Source: an uncultured Candidatus Saccharibacteria bacterium (GTDB lineage: Bacteria > Patescibacteriota > Doudnabacteria > UBA920). Taken from it: DNA of 64,000 bases. This document shows positions 10,186 to 20,580 of the stretch, one piece after another. The notes under the pieces are model-generated. The model was given only the letters and a program-made list of their open reading frames with translations. It ran no database searches and was not told where the DNA came from. Position 1 is the stretch's first letter; every line of letters starts with the position of its first letter. The stretch is from the NCBI GenBank assembly GCA_964434195.1, contig CAYSUI010000003.1, positions 26,181 through 90,180 of the forward strand. Direction: 5' to 3'. The translations under genes and the position numbers were made by a program.

Positions 10186-13100
10186 TTATTTAGATTTCTT
10201 ATCTTTTTTGCGTTTTTTATCCGCAGGGGTTGGTTCGTCCTCAAAGAGTATTGGGGGTGGTGGGACTGGAGTCTGAGCTGCTGCTTCTTCTTCGGTCATT
10301 GCGATGATCTTACCGTCTTCACCGATGAGCTCTACATCGAGCATAAGACTTTGAAGTTCTTTAATGAGCACGCGGAAGGATTCTGGGATATTCGGCTTCA
10401 TTATAGTTTCACCTTTAACGATAGCTTCGTAAGTCTTGCTTCTACCTATAACGTCGTCGGATTTGATTGTAAGCATTTCTTGTAGTGTGTGCGCTGCACC
10501 ATAACCTTCAAGCGCCCAAACTTCCATTTCTCCAAATCTTTGACCACCGAACTGAGCTTTACCTCCGAGAGGTTGCTGAGTAATAAGTGAGTATGGTCCG
10601 GTAGAACGTGCGTGCATCTTATCGTCTACTAAGTGGTGAAGCTTCATAATATAAGCAACACCAACTGTTACGGGTTCGTCGAACATTTCACCTGTCTTAC
10701 CATCGTAGAGCCTAGATTTACCGGAGGAATGAATTTCGGCATCACCTAACAACTCTTTAATTTTAGACTCTGGAATACCATCTAGAACTGGAGTAGCGAC
10801 TTTGATACCAAGTTTTCTTGCTGCCATACCAATATGGGTTTCCAAGATCTGACCGAGGTTCATACGACTCACAACACCGAGAGGGTTCAAAATAATATCA
10901 ACTGGAGTACCGTCGGCTAGGAAAGGCATATCTTCTACAGCAACGATTCTGGAAATAACGCCTTTGTTTCCGTGTCGTCCTGCCATTTTGTCACCAACTT
11001 GGACTTTCCTTAGAACTGCTACTGATACTTGGATAGAGCGGATAACACCACTTGGAAGCTTGTCACCTGCTTCTCTTCTGAACTCACGAATGTTTACAAC
11101 TTTACCGTATTCACCATGTGGAAGAGTAAGTGAGGTGTCTTTAACGTCGCGGGATTTCTCACCGAAGATTACACGGAGTAGCTTTTCTTCTGGAGTTAAG
11201 TCGGTTTCACCTTTCGGAGTAATTTTACCAACAAGTATATCCCCTGCTTTTACAGATGCTCCGATTCTAATAACACCGGATTCGTCTAAGTCTTTGAGTT
11301 TTTCTTCACCAACGTTTGGAATATCTCTGGTCACAACTTCAGGACCCAATTTGGTATCACGAACATCTATTTTAAAGTCTTCAATATGGATAGAGGAATA
11401 ACGGTCGTCCTCAATGAGACGTTTTGAAATAAGAATAGCGTCTTCATAGTTACCACCTTCCCAAGACATGAAAGCTACAAGTACGTTCTGACCAAGCGCT
11501 AGCTCACCCTGCTCCATACTAGCTCCATCTGCAAGCATATCTCCGGCTCTGACCTTCTGGCCTTTGGTTACGCGTACAATTTGGTTTATACATGTACCAC
11601 TGTTGGTACGAATGAATTTATTGAGTTTATACTCTTTCTTTTTACCTGCTTCATTAGTGACTACGATAAGATCACCAGATACAGCAGAAACTTCTCCATC
11701 CTCAACTGCGATTATCATCTGACCTGAGTCTCGAGCTGCCTTAGCTTCCATACCTGTTCCAACAATTGGAGCTTCTGGTCTTATACAAGAAACAGCCTGA
11801 CGTTGCATGTTAGAACCCATGAGAGCACGGTTAGCATCGTCATGTTCTAAGAATGGAATTAAAGAAGTAGTAACGGAAATAATCTGTTTTGGGGATACAT
11901 CGACAGCATCGATTTCATCTGTATCAGCAAGTGTAGGAGTACCATGAACACGAACACTAGCGCGTTTTTCTATGAAGTGTCCGTTATCGTCTATTTCGAT
12001 GTTTGCTTGAGCAATAGTAAGTCTTTCTTCTTCGAATGCGTCGAGGTATTCGACTTTGTCTAAAACTTCCGGTCGAATTCTAATCTGGGTAATACCTTCT
12101 ACACCGGCAAGACGCTTTGCTGCACCCTCAGAGATTTCGTCACCTGCTTCAACAATAATTTCGTCGTTATTGTCTTTTAGGGTAAAGACTGAAACCTCTC
12201 CGATTGCTGCCTTACCGTCGTTTTTAACGAATTTTTTAGTAAGCCTGTAAGGGGTCTCAATAAAACCGTAATCGTTAACACGAGCATAGGTTGCCAAGTG
12301 AGCTACAAGACCGATGTTTGGACCTTCAGGAGTAGTAATAGGACAAAGACGACCATAGTGAGAACGGTGAACGTCACGTACTTCAAAACCTGCGCGTTCA
12401 CGTGAGAGACCACCAGGACCCATAGCGGATAGTCTTCTCTTGTGCTCAAGCTCAGCCAAAGGATTGGTTTGGTCCATGAACTGTGAAAGCTGTGAAGAAG
12501 AGAAAAATTCTTGCATAGCAGCTACTATAGGTCGAACGTGGATAAGCTGAGCTGGTGTTACGGTTTCGAGGTCGGCAAGAGACATACGGTCTTTTGCAAT
12601 ACGAACCATACGAGCAAGTCCAACGCGGTAACGAGATTGAATAAGCTCCCCTACTGCGCGCACGCGTCGGTTTGCTAAGTGGTCAATATCGTCTGCTCCG
12701 GACTGAGTATTATTTAAACGGATAACTTCTTTAATAACTGCTACTAAATCCTCTTTGGAAAGAAGGCGGGACTCATTTTCTTGGTCTATGTCTAAGCGCT
12801 GGTTGAATTTATAACGACCCACTTCGCTAAGGTCATACCTCTCGAAGTTAAAGAACATCGCTGTGATAAGTGAGCGAGCGTTATCTACTGTCGCAAGGTC
12901 ACCAGGGCGAATTCTTTTGTACACTTCTTTAAAACCTTCGTCGGCGTTATGAGAAGCGTCTTTGTCTAATGTAGCTAAAATATATTTTGTGTCGGGGTCT
13001 GTGTCGACATCTTTGAATGCCTCAATTATTTCGGCATTCTCTGATAAACCAAAAACACGTAAGAGCGCTGTAACCGGAATACGTCTCTTGCGGTCGATCT

Positions 13101-13689
13101 TCACTCCAATTACTCCGGCGTTGTCGGTGTCGATTTCTAACCAAGCTCCGCGGTTTGGAATAATTTTTGCACCATACCAGTTTTTACCTCTCGCTGGTTC
13201 GGAAGAGAAAAATACACCTGGAGATTTTATAAGCTGATTAACGACAACACGCTCTACTCCATTGATTACGAATGTACCTCTTGGAGTCATGAGAGGGAAA
13301 TCACCGAAATATACGTCTTGTGTTTTAGTTTTACCAGTTACCTTGTTAACTAATTTCGCTGATACATATAGAGGGGCTTCGTAGGTTGTATTGCGATCTC
13401 TCGCTGTAACCTCATCGTACTTTGGTTTATCGAAGAAATAATCACCAAAAAAAAGCTCAAGACTTTTTCCAGTAAAGTCCTTGATTGGATTTATTTCTTC
13501 TAGTAACTCTTTTAGACCTTTTTCGAAAAACCACTTATAGGAGTTGAGTTGAACTTCTATAAGGTTGGGCATTTCTGCCACTTCATGGAGTCTGGTGTAG
13601 AACTTGCGTGGATTACGCGAAGACCCTTGGACCAGCTCGAGACCCTTGATAGCCTTAGACATTTGCCTTTTCCCTGTCCTATGCAGCAT
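10186..13689 (-). CDS. rpoB: DNA-directed RNA polymerase subunit beta
   Basis: [36 protein letters not shown]; start could be the downstream ATG (MSKAIK). Confidence 0.99.
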   Translation of the reverse strand: MLHRTGKRQMSKAIKGLELVQGSSRNPRKFYTRLHEVAEMPNLIEVQLNSYKWFFEKGLKELLEEINPIKDFTGKSLELFFGDYFFDKPKYDEVTARDRNTTYEAPLYVSAKLVNKVTGKTKTQDVYFGDFPLMTPRGTFVINGVERVVVNQLIKSPGVFFSSEPARGKNWYGAKIIPNRGAWLEIDTDNAGVIGVKIDRKRRIPVTALLRVFGLSENAEIIEAFKDVDTDPDTKYILATLDKDASHNADEGFKEVYKRIRPGDLATVDNARSLITAMFFNFERYDLSEVGRYKFNQRLDIDQENESRLLSKEDLVAVIKEVIRLNNTQSGADDIDHLANRRVRAVGELIQSRYRVGLARMVRIAKDRMSLADLETVTPAQLIHVRPIVAAMQEFFSSSQLSQFMDQTNPLAELEHKRRLSAMGPGGLSRERAGFEVRDVHRSHYGRLCPITTPEGPNIGLVAHLATYARVNDYGFIETPYRLTKKFVKNDGKAAIGEVSVFTLKDNNDEIIVEAGDEISEGAAKRLAGVEGITQIRIRPEVLDKVEYLDAFEEERLTIAQANIEIDDNGHFIEKRASVRVHGTPTLADTDEIDAVDVSPKQIISVTTSLIPFLEHDDANRALMGSNMQRQAVSCIRPEAPIVGTGMEAKAARDSGQMIIAVEDGEVSAVSGDLIVVTNEAGKKKEYKLNKFIRTNSGTCINQIVRVTKGQKVRAGDMLADGASMEQGELALGQNVLVAFMSWEGGNYEDAILISKRLIEDDRYSSIHIEDFKIDVRDTKLGPEVVTRDIPNVGEEKLKDLDESGVIRIGASVKAGDILVGKITPKGETDLTPEEKLLRVIFGEKSRDVKDTSLTLPHGEYGKVVNIREFRREAGDKLPSGVIRSIQVSVAVLRKVQVGDKMAGRHGNKGVISRIVAVEDMPFLADGTPVDIILNPLGVVSRMNLGQILETHIGMAARKLGIKVATPVLDGIPESKIKELLGDAEIHSSGKSRLYDGKTGEMFDEPVTVGVAYIMKLHHLVDDKMHARSTGPYSLITQQPLGGKAQFGGQRFGEMEVWALEGYGAAHTLQEMLTIKSDDVIGRSKTYEAIVKGETIMKPNIPESFRVLIKELQSLMLDVELIGEDGKIIAMTEEEAAAQTPVPPPPILFEDEPTPADKKRKKDKKSK

Positions 13690-13898
13690 TTAGCTTTAGA
13701 GGACTAAATTAATGGTTGGTTTAACTTGGTTTAAACCTAGCATTGTGGGATTGGGGGACAAAAGTCGTGTGCGTCGGGTAGCTAGTAGTTGATAAATAGG
13801 GCTTCTATAGACGGAAATGGGCCTTTTCCTTGAGTTTTGCACAAAAGAAAAAGGCCAATAAAATCTATTCGGAGAAACTATTTATTTTGCTAATTGAG

Positions 13899-13927
13899 AG
13901 TATATCCTGTCAAGTCCTGTTTGTCAA
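13899..13927 (-). promoter_or_regulatory. Sigma70-type promoter of rpoBC with ~200 nt leader
   Basis: TTGACA-17 nt-TATACT on minus strand. Confidence 0.75.
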
Positions 13928-14010
13928 GTCATTTTGACTAGGTTTTGCTTATTTTTTAGGTATAAGATATAAAGGACTCAAGTGCCCAATTACAAATAGG
14001 AGGATTGCGG

Positions 14011-14511
14011 ATGAAAAACTTAATTTTTTCGTTGGGGATGCTTTTGTTTAGCTTTCCTGCCCTAGCACAGACTGAGGCAACCATACCCAATAGAGTGGCG
14101 CAGGAGAATAATAACCTAACTGAAAAGCACGACCTTAAGACATTTACTTTACCCAAAACTACCGGAAACCCGTTTTTTCAACTGAACATTTTTCAGGGAA
14201 AAACCGTACCGTTCAATTACTACCCGGAAGAGCATCATGATTTTGGCCGGTTCTTCTCGGTTTCAGTTGCTCACCCTTATGTTATTTCAAATGACCCAAT
14301 GGAATTGACTCGAGCCTATGACCGGCCAAAGACAAAACTGAATTTCAACATGAAAAACCTGCTTGGTCACCCCGAATGGATGAGGGGATTTAATATGTAT
14401 CTGAGTCCTACCTTCAGACTTAGAGAAAGATCAAATAACCCATTCCGAAGAGACGAGGGTGCGAGATTTGGTTTTAGAATGACAATTATTAAACCCTACA
14501 GATCAAACTGA
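14011..14511 (+). CDS. Secreted hypothetical protein
   Basis: AGGAGG SD; signal peptide MKNLIFSLGMLLFSFPALA|Q; beta-strand-like C-terminus; terminator overlaps stop. Confidence 0.75.
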   Translation: MKNLIFSLGMLLFSFPALAQTEATIPNRVAQENNNLTEKHDLKTFTLPKTTGNPFFQLNIFQGKTVPFNYYPEEHHDFGRFFSVSVAHPYVISNDPMELTRAYDRPKTKLNFNMKNLLGHPEWMRGFNMYLSPTFRLRERSNNPFRRDEGARFGFRMTIIKPYRSN

Positions 14512-14552
14512 CTGTAAGGGTTTTTTTATGTAAATACTTACCTTATACATGG

Positions 14553-14717
14553 GATTTCATATTTCACCTCATCTTCCGCGATTTTTTGTATTTTTTTCTT
14601 ACACCGTCCCCCCTACGGACGCTTACAGAAAAAAATACAAAAGGATCACGAAATCTGACTTGAGCTGGGAACTGGCAAAGCCAGATTCCCATCAAGAGCT
14701 AGGCAAAATCTGAAATC
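14553..14717. repeat. Nested palindromic (multi-branch) intergenic element, ncRNA or MITE-like
   Basis: Outer stem GATTTCATATTT/AAATCTGAAATC, ~20 bp inner stem 14577-14599/14627-14650, second hairpin 14659-14696. Confidence 0.6.
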
Positions 14718-14765
14718 GAACTGAACTAGTTGGAAATAGATGGATAATTACTTTAGACTAATTTT

Positions 14766-15320
14766 ATGATTGCATACTTAAAAGGTAGAGTGCTTGAGAA
14801 AACTTTGGGGTATTTGATAGTGGAGAATTTTGGAATTGGGTACAAAGTTTTTACTATTCCGGAAATGATGGAGAAGAGAATTGGAGATGAGATTGAATTT
14901 TATACTTATATGAAAGTCAGCGATGACGGTCAGAGCCTATACGGACTCCCCTCTTTTGCGAGCTTGCAGTTTTTCGAACTCTTACTTACCGTTAGCGGTG
15001 TTGGTCCTAAATCTGCTCTTTCTATAATGAGCGCAGCAAATGTGCCTACTCTAGAATCTGCGATAGCGGGGCAGGACTCGGCGATGTTTACTAGGATGTC
15101 GGGAGTTGGTAAAAAAACGGCGGAGAGAATAATTCTGGAACTAAAAAGTAAAGTCGGAACTCTTAATGCCTCTGGTACTAATACCACTAGCGAAGTTTAT
15201 GATGCACTTATTGCTTTGGGATATACAGCTAGAGAGGCTGCTTCCGCTTCTTCCAATATACCTACTGGGTTATCTACTAAAGAACAGATAAAGCACGCGC
15301 TTCAATATTTAAGAAAATAA
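14766..15320 (+). CDS. ruvA: Holliday junction branch migration protein RuvA
   Basis: MIAYLKG, LLTVSGVGPKSAL, GVGKKTAERIILELK, ALIALGY. Confidence 0.96.
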   Translation: MIAYLKGRVLEKTLGYLIVENFGIGYKVFTIPEMMEKRIGDEIEFYTYMKVSDDGQSLYGLPSFASLQFFELLLTVSGVGPKSALSIMSAANVPTLESAIAGQDSAMFTRMSGVGKKTAERIILELKSKVGTLNASGTNTTSEVYDALIALGYTAREAASASSNIPTGLSTKEQIKHALQYLRK

Positions 15321-15338
15321 AAAACCTGAACTGATTGG

Positions 15339-15782
15339 TTACTTACCAGCCTGCAGAGTTTCTAGCTCTTGCTGGTATTCTGATAACCGTTCTTTCAGGT
15401 GTGTGATTTGTCGCGTGATACGAAATATCTCTAACTGTCTAGCAAGACTAGTGTGAAAAATCTCCCCGGTAATGCTTTTACCTGTTTCGTAAAAAGCAAT
15501 AATGTTTTCATGCCAGGCAATATGGTCTCTTAGAGTTTCCAGCCTCATATCAACACCGTAAGGCTTTGGTGTTTTTGAGTTTAGTTCATCAAACTCTGTT
15601 TGGTACTTTGCTAAGCCTTCCCTTTTTAAAACCAGTAGCCTTTGGTTTTTTATCAGAACATCTTCTGACAACTCGGTCTCTTGACTCTGTGCGTATTCTA
15701 ACGACTTCTCGTAAGCTGCTAGGAGCTTATTCACCTTTTCAATATTATCTTGTAGATGATCAATTCGTAATTCTTCGTACAT
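15339..15782 (-). CDS. Hypothetical helical protein with two internal repeats
   Basis: AGGAGG SD; two ~74 aa similar halves. Confidence 0.7.
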   Translation of the reverse strand: MYEELRIDHLQDNIEKVNKLLAAYEKSLEYAQSQETELSEDVLIKNQRLLVLKREGLAKYQTEFDELNSKTPKPYGVDMRLETLRDHIAWHENIIAFYETGKSITGEIFHTSLARQLEIFRITRQITHLKERLSEYQQELETLQAGK

Positions 15783-15868
15783 CCCTATCCTCCTTTTTTT
15801 CTATGTCTATACTATATTGATCTAAATTATCAAGTAGGGACTTATAAATCAATCTTGCGGGGGTCAAA

Positions 15869-16630
15869 ATGAAACCGATTGAAATTGAGTACGCAAAAGA
15901 TGAGTGGCTTTCGGCGATGACTCGGGGTTTGAATTACTTTCCCCAGAACAATCACATTGGACCACTTTTTACTTTTAAATGTCTACTAGAAGGTGACTAT
16001 AATGACTGGTTGGTTTTTGAAAGATCTGTTCTAACACAGGATCAAGAAAGAAGATGGAGCATTCAAGCGACCCACCAGCACTTACATAACCGCTCGGCTA
16101 GAATTACCCCTGCGGGTTACGAGGCTTATAAGAACAGCCCAATATACGGTGAGATTATGGAGTCTGGGGGCTTTAAGGATTCAAAGCTTATACCAGATTC
16201 CAGGTTTTCCCAACTTTGGATTGGCCTTAGAGATGACACCGTGCTTACAGCCAACAGACTTGGGGCCTGGATTAAGAAGGGCAAAATTGGAGAGATCACC
16301 GGTTTCTCGACGGGCAAAAAACTTAAGCTAACTATGGGGATTGCCGTTGATAGGTTTGTTGGCCAAGGTAATAACGAACGTGTTGCTTTGGTAAAAGAAG
16401 CTGTGAATCTTTCACTGCAGGTGTTCAGCACTCCTGAAGGCTTGAAACTTAGCGATGACCACAAGCTCAGTAGGAGTAAGGATCCTGGAATAGATGACGA
16501 GGCTTTTGAAAAACTTAAAGAGAGGAATTTTGTAATTGAATTACATACTCTTGTGGAAAGTAGCTTATTTGAAGAATTCCCTAAACTTTCAAAAGTAGAC
16601 ATTTTGTCTCTATCCCAAGCACTTTTTTAA
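15869..16630 (+). CDS. Hypothetical protein
   Basis: 253 aa ORF, G-rich SD, downstream hairpin plus T-tract; no motif recognised. Confidence 0.65.
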   Translation: MKPIEIEYAKDEWLSAMTRGLNYFPQNNHIGPLFTFKCLLEGDYNDWLVFERSVLTQDQERRWSIQATHQHLHNRSARITPAGYEAYKNSPIYGEIMESGGFKDSKLIPDSRFSQLWIGLRDDTVLTANRLGAWIKKGKIGEITGFSTGKKLKLTMGIAVDRFVGQGNNERVALVKEAVNLSLQVFSTPEGLKLSDDHKLSRSKDPGIDDEAFEKLKERNFVIELHTLVESSLFEEFPKLSKVDILSLSQALF

Positions 16631-16729
16631 CCCAAGTTTAGCTTGGGGTTTTTTATTATCTACTAGTCTCCCTCGCGGCCGCGATTTATGATAGTAGGTT
16701 TGTTTTTTAATTTAGGTTATTCTACTTGT

Positions 16730-17599
16730 ATGTTGAAAAGCTTTTTACAATCTAAGGAGTGGGGGGAATTCCAAAAGAGTTTAGGTAGAGAAGTAATTTT
16801 CGAACCTTTTGTCGCAATAAAACATTCACTTAAAAGAGATTTTTATTACTGGTATGTGCCGAGAATCGCAGGAGTTGAAAGTAACAAGTTGCAAGTAACA
16901 ATCGCAGACAACGAGAAGTGCGTCTTTATTCGAGTTGAACCACTGGATGTAGACGGTATTCCTAAAGGGGCGAGGAAGGTACGAAACGTGCAACCAGGGA
17001 AGACGCTCGTTTTAGATTTAGGGAAAAGCGAAGCGCAGCTCCTAGTTGAGATGCATAATAAAACTAGGTACAACATCCGCGTAGCGCAGAAACATGGTGT
17101 GAGAGTGGAGAGCATGAAAGACATAGACGCCGGATGTGAGCTTATTGCTGCAACAGCCGGACGGCAAGGTTACAAAGATTACGGTGAGGATTATTACAAA
17201 AAATTAATTAATTTTTTTTCTACTCTTCCAGATAGTGCACTGAAGACCTCTTTACTGGGTGCATACTACGAAGACCGACTTATTTCTTGCGGTTTATTTA
17301 TAGATTACGAGGGTACGAGAACATACCTTTTTGGCGGATCAAGCGAATTGCATAAAAATATAATGGCGCCGTACTTAATGCACTGGACAGCAATACAGGA
17401 AGCTAAAAATGAGGGTGCCGGAGAATATGACTTTTGGGGAATAGAGACAGCGAGTGGCGAGACACCGGGTTTTGTGAGATTTAAGTTGGGTTTCGGGGGT
17501 AGACAAATTGAGTACCCGGGAGCATACGATATAGTCCTGAGACCAGTTTGGTATAATGTATATAAGATTTTGCGGATAATTAATAAATTGTTGAACTAA
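16730..17599 (+). CDS. FemABX-family peptidoglycan bridge aminoacyltransferase
   Basis: SFLQSKEWGEFQ, KTRYNIRVA, YLFGGS, APYLMHW, YDFWGI, RFKLGFGG; start at 16730 follows TATTCT-6 nt. Confidence 0.93.
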   Translation: MLKSFLQSKEWGEFQKSLGREVIFEPFVAIKHSLKRDFYYWYVPRIAGVESNKLQVTIADNEKCVFIRVEPLDVDGIPKGARKVRNVQPGKTLVLDLGKSEAQLLVEMHNKTRYNIRVAQKHGVRVESMKDIDAGCELIAATAGRQGYKDYGEDYYKKLINFFSTLPDSALKTSLLGAYYEDRLISCGLFIDYEGTRTYLFGGSSELHKNIMAPYLMHWTAIQEAKNEGAGEYDFWGIETASGETPGFVRFKLGFGGRQIEYPGAYDIVLRPVWYNVYKILRIINKLLN

Positions 17600-17602
17600 A
17601 AT

Positions 17603-18193
17603 ATGAAAGAAAAGTTTAAAATTTGTGTATCGGGCTCGGCTGTAGATAATTGCCCAACTGGGGCTTTTAAGAAGGCCTATGAGGTTGGTTACCAGATAGC
17701 CAAACAAGGAGCGATTCTACTTACCGGAGCCACAATTGGAATTCCAGAATGGGCAACGAGGGGTGCTAAGAAGGGAAAAGGAATGAGTATTGGGCTCTCC
17801 CCTGCTTCTACGAAGAGAGAGCACGTAAATACATATCGTCTACCTACTACTAATATGGATTTAATTATCTACACTGGGTTTGATTACTCTGGTAGAAACT
17901 TACTTCTTACCAGAAGCGCAGATGCTGTGATAGAAATTTGCGGAAGAGTAGGAACCTTGAATGAATTTACGATTGCTTTTGAAGATAAGAAACCTATAGG
18001 GGTACTTGAGGATACCGGTGGAACTTCTAGTGAAATACGCCATATCTTAGAGGTAAGTAAAAGAGGTCAAAAAGATGTATTCTTTGATACCGACCCTAAA
18101 AAATTAGTAGCCAAACTGCTAAAGGTGCTAAGAGAAAGAGATAGGGAAATAAATAGACACTCAAAACCTGAACTTAAAATATCGCTTGAATAA
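17603..18193 (+). CDS. LOG/TIGR00725-like (lysine decarboxylase-like) family protein
   Basis: TGATIGIP, GRNLLLTRSADAVI, GRVGTLNEF. Confidence 0.85.
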   Translation: MKEKFKICVSGSAVDNCPTGAFKKAYEVGYQIAKQGAILLTGATIGIPEWATRGAKKGKGMSIGLSPASTKREHVNTYRLPTTNMDLIIYTGFDYSGRNLLLTRSADAVIEICGRVGTLNEFTIAFEDKKPIGVLEDTGGTSSEIRHILEVSKRGQKDVFFDTDPKKLVAKLLKVLRERDREINRHSKPELKISLE

Positions 18194-18196
18194 ATG

Positions 18197-18228
18197 AAAA
18201 AGCTCTTCTGAGAAAGAAGAGCTTTTTT
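18197..18228. terminator. Bidirectional intrinsic terminator
   Basis: AAAAAGCTCTTCT...AGAAGAGCTTTTTT. Confidence 0.85.
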
Positions 18229-18266
18229 AATAAGAGAAACCAAGAACTTTACGTTCTTGGGAAGAG

Positions 18267-18385
18267 AAAAAAGACCACCGGTATCCGCCGAATTTTAGTC
18301 ACCCACTAGGATTCACGATCTGAATCACTATGGATACCGGTGGGTTTATAATTCCCTTCTCCTCCCAGGACTTCCTGAGAGGGAC
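18267..18385 (-). ncRNA. Putative stand-alone structured small RNA
   Basis: Minus-strand TTGCAT-16-TATAAT (18415-18388), 5' hairpin, perfect 12 bp stem 18275-18286/18332-18343 enclosing two hairpins, then U-tract; no ORF. Confidence 0.5.
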
Positions 18386-18444
18386 TTATTATAGTCTTAT
18401 ATAAATATTATGCAAGTCTCTTGAAATTCATATAAACTATGAGT

Positions 18445-19776
18445 ATGAAAAAACTTCTTAAAAAAGTACTCCCTGAGGGCTTAATTAAAAAAATGAGGCC
18501 TTTTTATCATGCGACTCAATCTTTAATAGCGAGCAGAAAATATGGGTTCCCTAGCAGCAAACTTATAGTAATAGGGGTTACGGGGACAGCTGGGAAATCT
18601 AGCACTGTGAATATATTGGCACATATTCTTAATTCCACCGGGAATAAGACAGGTTTTGTTACTACAACCAACTACTCATACGGCGAAGCTCCTGAACTAA
18701 ATAAACACGGGCTTTCAATGCCAAATGAGTTCTTATTACAAAAACAACTGGCTTTAATGGTTGGGGAGGATTGCAAATATGCAATTATTGAAGCCACCTC
18801 TGAAGGCCTTGCTCAGAATAGACACCTAGGAATTAATTTTGATATAGCTTTGCTGACTAATTTATCACCTGCGCATATAGAGGCTCATGGGAGTTTTGAA
18901 AATTATAGAAATGCCAAGGGTAGACTTTTTCAGTCACTGGCAAAATACAAGCACAAAAAATTTATGAAGGAAAAATTAATTGGGGTAAATTTGGATGACC
19001 CAAATGCGGATTTCTTTTTAGATTTTAAAGCGGACAAATATTTCGGAGTTAGTACTAAAGAAGCTAGTAAATACCTCGGAAAAGTAAATATTTTTACAGT
19101 GGGTGAAGTGTCTAGTGATGTGAATAGAAGATTTAAACTACAAGATACTTATTTCTCTCTTAGCACGCCGGGTGAGTTTAGTGTTTATAACGCCATGCTT
19201 GCTATAGCTACCGCTAATATGCTTGGTGTTGAGCTTGAGGAAGCCGCTAGCGCTATGGAAAGCTTTAATGGTGTGCCAGGTAGGATGGAAGAAATTAGGA
19301 ATGACCGCGGAATTCGGATAATAGTAGACTATGCTTGCGAGCCGAAACATTTTGAGGAGGTATTACCAAGTGTTAGGGAGAGTACTAGGGGCAAACTAAT
19401 TCATGTTTTTGGATCTACCGGTGGCCATAGGGATGTTTCCAAGCGGTTTATTTTTGGTGAAATATCTGCTAAATTTGCGGACAATATTGTAATAACTAAT
19501 GATGATGTATATAATAGCGACCCTATGGAAATCGCTACTAATATAGAGGCGGGGGTTGCTGAAGGCAAAGGTCAAAATTCAAAAGTTAAAAGTGTGGAGA
19601 TAATACTCGACAGAAGAGAAGCAATAAAACATGCGTTAGAAATAGCGAAAGAGGGAGATACGGTTTTATTTACGGGTAAGGGTAGTGAACAGTTTTTGGT
19701 ACTTCCAGGAGATAAAAGGATTGAGTGGGATGAGAGGGAGATAATACTAGAGATACTCAGGTTATCAAGTTCATAA
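18445..19776 (+). CDS. murE: UDP-N-acetylmuramyl-tripeptide synthetase (MurE family)
   Basis: IGVTGTAGKSST, EATSEG, TNLSPAHIEAHG, VPGRME, DYA, FGSTGG, GKGSE; start 18439 or 18445. Confidence 0.9.
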   Translation: MKKLLKKVLPEGLIKKMRPFYHATQSLIASRKYGFPSSKLIVIGVTGTAGKSSTVNILAHILNSTGNKTGFVTTTNYSYGEAPELNKHGLSMPNEFLLQKQLALMVGEDCKYAIIEATSEGLAQNRHLGINFDIALLTNLSPAHIEAHGSFENYRNAKGRLFQSLAKYKHKKFMKEKLIGVNLDDPNADFFLDFKADKYFGVSTKEASKYLGKVNIFTVGEVSSDVNRRFKLQDTYFSLSTPGEFSVYNAMLAIATANMLGVELEEAASAMESFNGVPGRMEEIRNDRGIRIIVDYACEPKHFEEVLPSVRESTRGKLIHVFGSTGGHRDVSKRFIFGEISAKFADNIVITNDDVYNSDPMEIATNIEAGVAEGKGQNSKVKSVEIILDRREAIKHALEIAKEGDTVLFTGKGSEQFLVLPGDKRIEWDEREIILEILRLSSS

Positions 19777-19804
19777 AGTTTTTAAAGTTCATAAAGTAAT
19801 CTCA

Positions 19805-20170
19805 ATGATTTTATTTTTGGATACAACTATTTGGGGGAAGGTGGAATTTTCTTTAATTTCTGTTGAAGGGAAAATTATTAGAGAGCAAAATATCGCACTC
19901 CCCCACTCTGAAAGCAACACGATACTTAAGTTTTTATCGGAATTTTTGGGTGCAGAGAAAAATAACTTAACTAAAATTGTTTGTGCTTCGGGACCAGGAT
20001 CTTTTACAGGCACTCGAGTTGGGGCGAGTTTAATACTAGGAATTTCCAAGGGTCTAAATATACCTTTTGTTTTTATTGACTCTAAAAAAGTACCAAATAA
20101 TCGTGGTGAATTAATTAGAGTTCGACCGACAGGGAAAATTAGCGTAAAGTATAACAAACCAGCATTATAG
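19805..20170 (+). CDS. tsaB: Short TsaB-like t6A biosynthesis protein
   Basis: ILFLDT, HSE, GPGSFTGTRVG; N-terminal domain only. Confidence 0.8.
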   Translation: MILFLDTTIWGKVEFSLISVEGKIIREQNIALPHSESNTILKFLSEFLGAEKNNLTKIVCASGPGSFTGTRVGASLILGISKGLNIPFVFIDSKKVPNNRGELIRVRPTGKISVKYNKPAL

Positions 20171-20194
20171 TATTAGCTGAACTTGGAGGTATTT

Positions 20195-20569
20195 ATGAAG
20201 GATAGGATTCACAAGGTCGGATATGTCCTATTAATAGCACTTCTTGCGAACTTAATATTCCTTGCAGTGTTTGGCAAAATATTTTTTTTATTCAATTGCG
20301 TCATAACGCTGATAGCCTTGCTGTTGATAGTAATTTTGGGATTTATTCAAAGCCTACCTTTGGGTAATAGAGCGCCCGAGAAACTTTCTAACCGACAATG
20401 GTTAGATGCAAATATACGTCAGCTCCATAACACATATGGGAGCACATGGATTGCAATTGCCGATGAACAAGTATTAGCAGCTGATAAAAGCAGAAGTAGA
20501 CTAAAAGAGCACATAAGCAAAAGTCCCTATAAAGGAAAAGACGTACTCATTTATTTTTTGGAAAAGTGA
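20195..20569 (+). CDS. Two-TM protein with C-terminal DUF5678-like domain
   Basis: Two hydrophobic helices then WLDANIRQLHNTYGSTWIAIADEQVLAAD; GGAGG SD. Confidence 0.55.
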   Translation: MKDRIHKVGYVLLIALLANLIFLAVFGKIFFLFNCVITLIALLLIVILGFIQSLPLGNRAPEKLSNRQWLDANIRQLHNTYGSTWIAIADEQVLAADKSRSRLKEHISKSPYKGKDVLIYFLEK

Positions 20570-20580
20570 GTACGTCTCTT

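Noticed and set aside
6269-13237. Plus-strand ORFs antisense to rpoB/rpoC, and similar shadow ORFs throughout the track
   Set aside because: They are fully nested opposite well-supported genes and have no SD or recognisable motifs.
6139-15320. rpoBC without rplJL/rpsL neighbours and ruvA without ruvB/ruvC
   Set aside because: Operon fragmentation is common in CPR genomes and the partners may lie outside the window.
18275-18343. Three-way junction considered as a hammerhead ribozyme or tRNA
   Set aside because: No CUGANGA/GAAA core on either strand and no T-loop or CCA features; kept only as an unknown ncRNA.
19789-20157. 122 aa minus-strand ORF overlapping tsaB
   Set aside because: The plus-strand frame carries the GPGSFTG TsaB motif, so this is its shadow.
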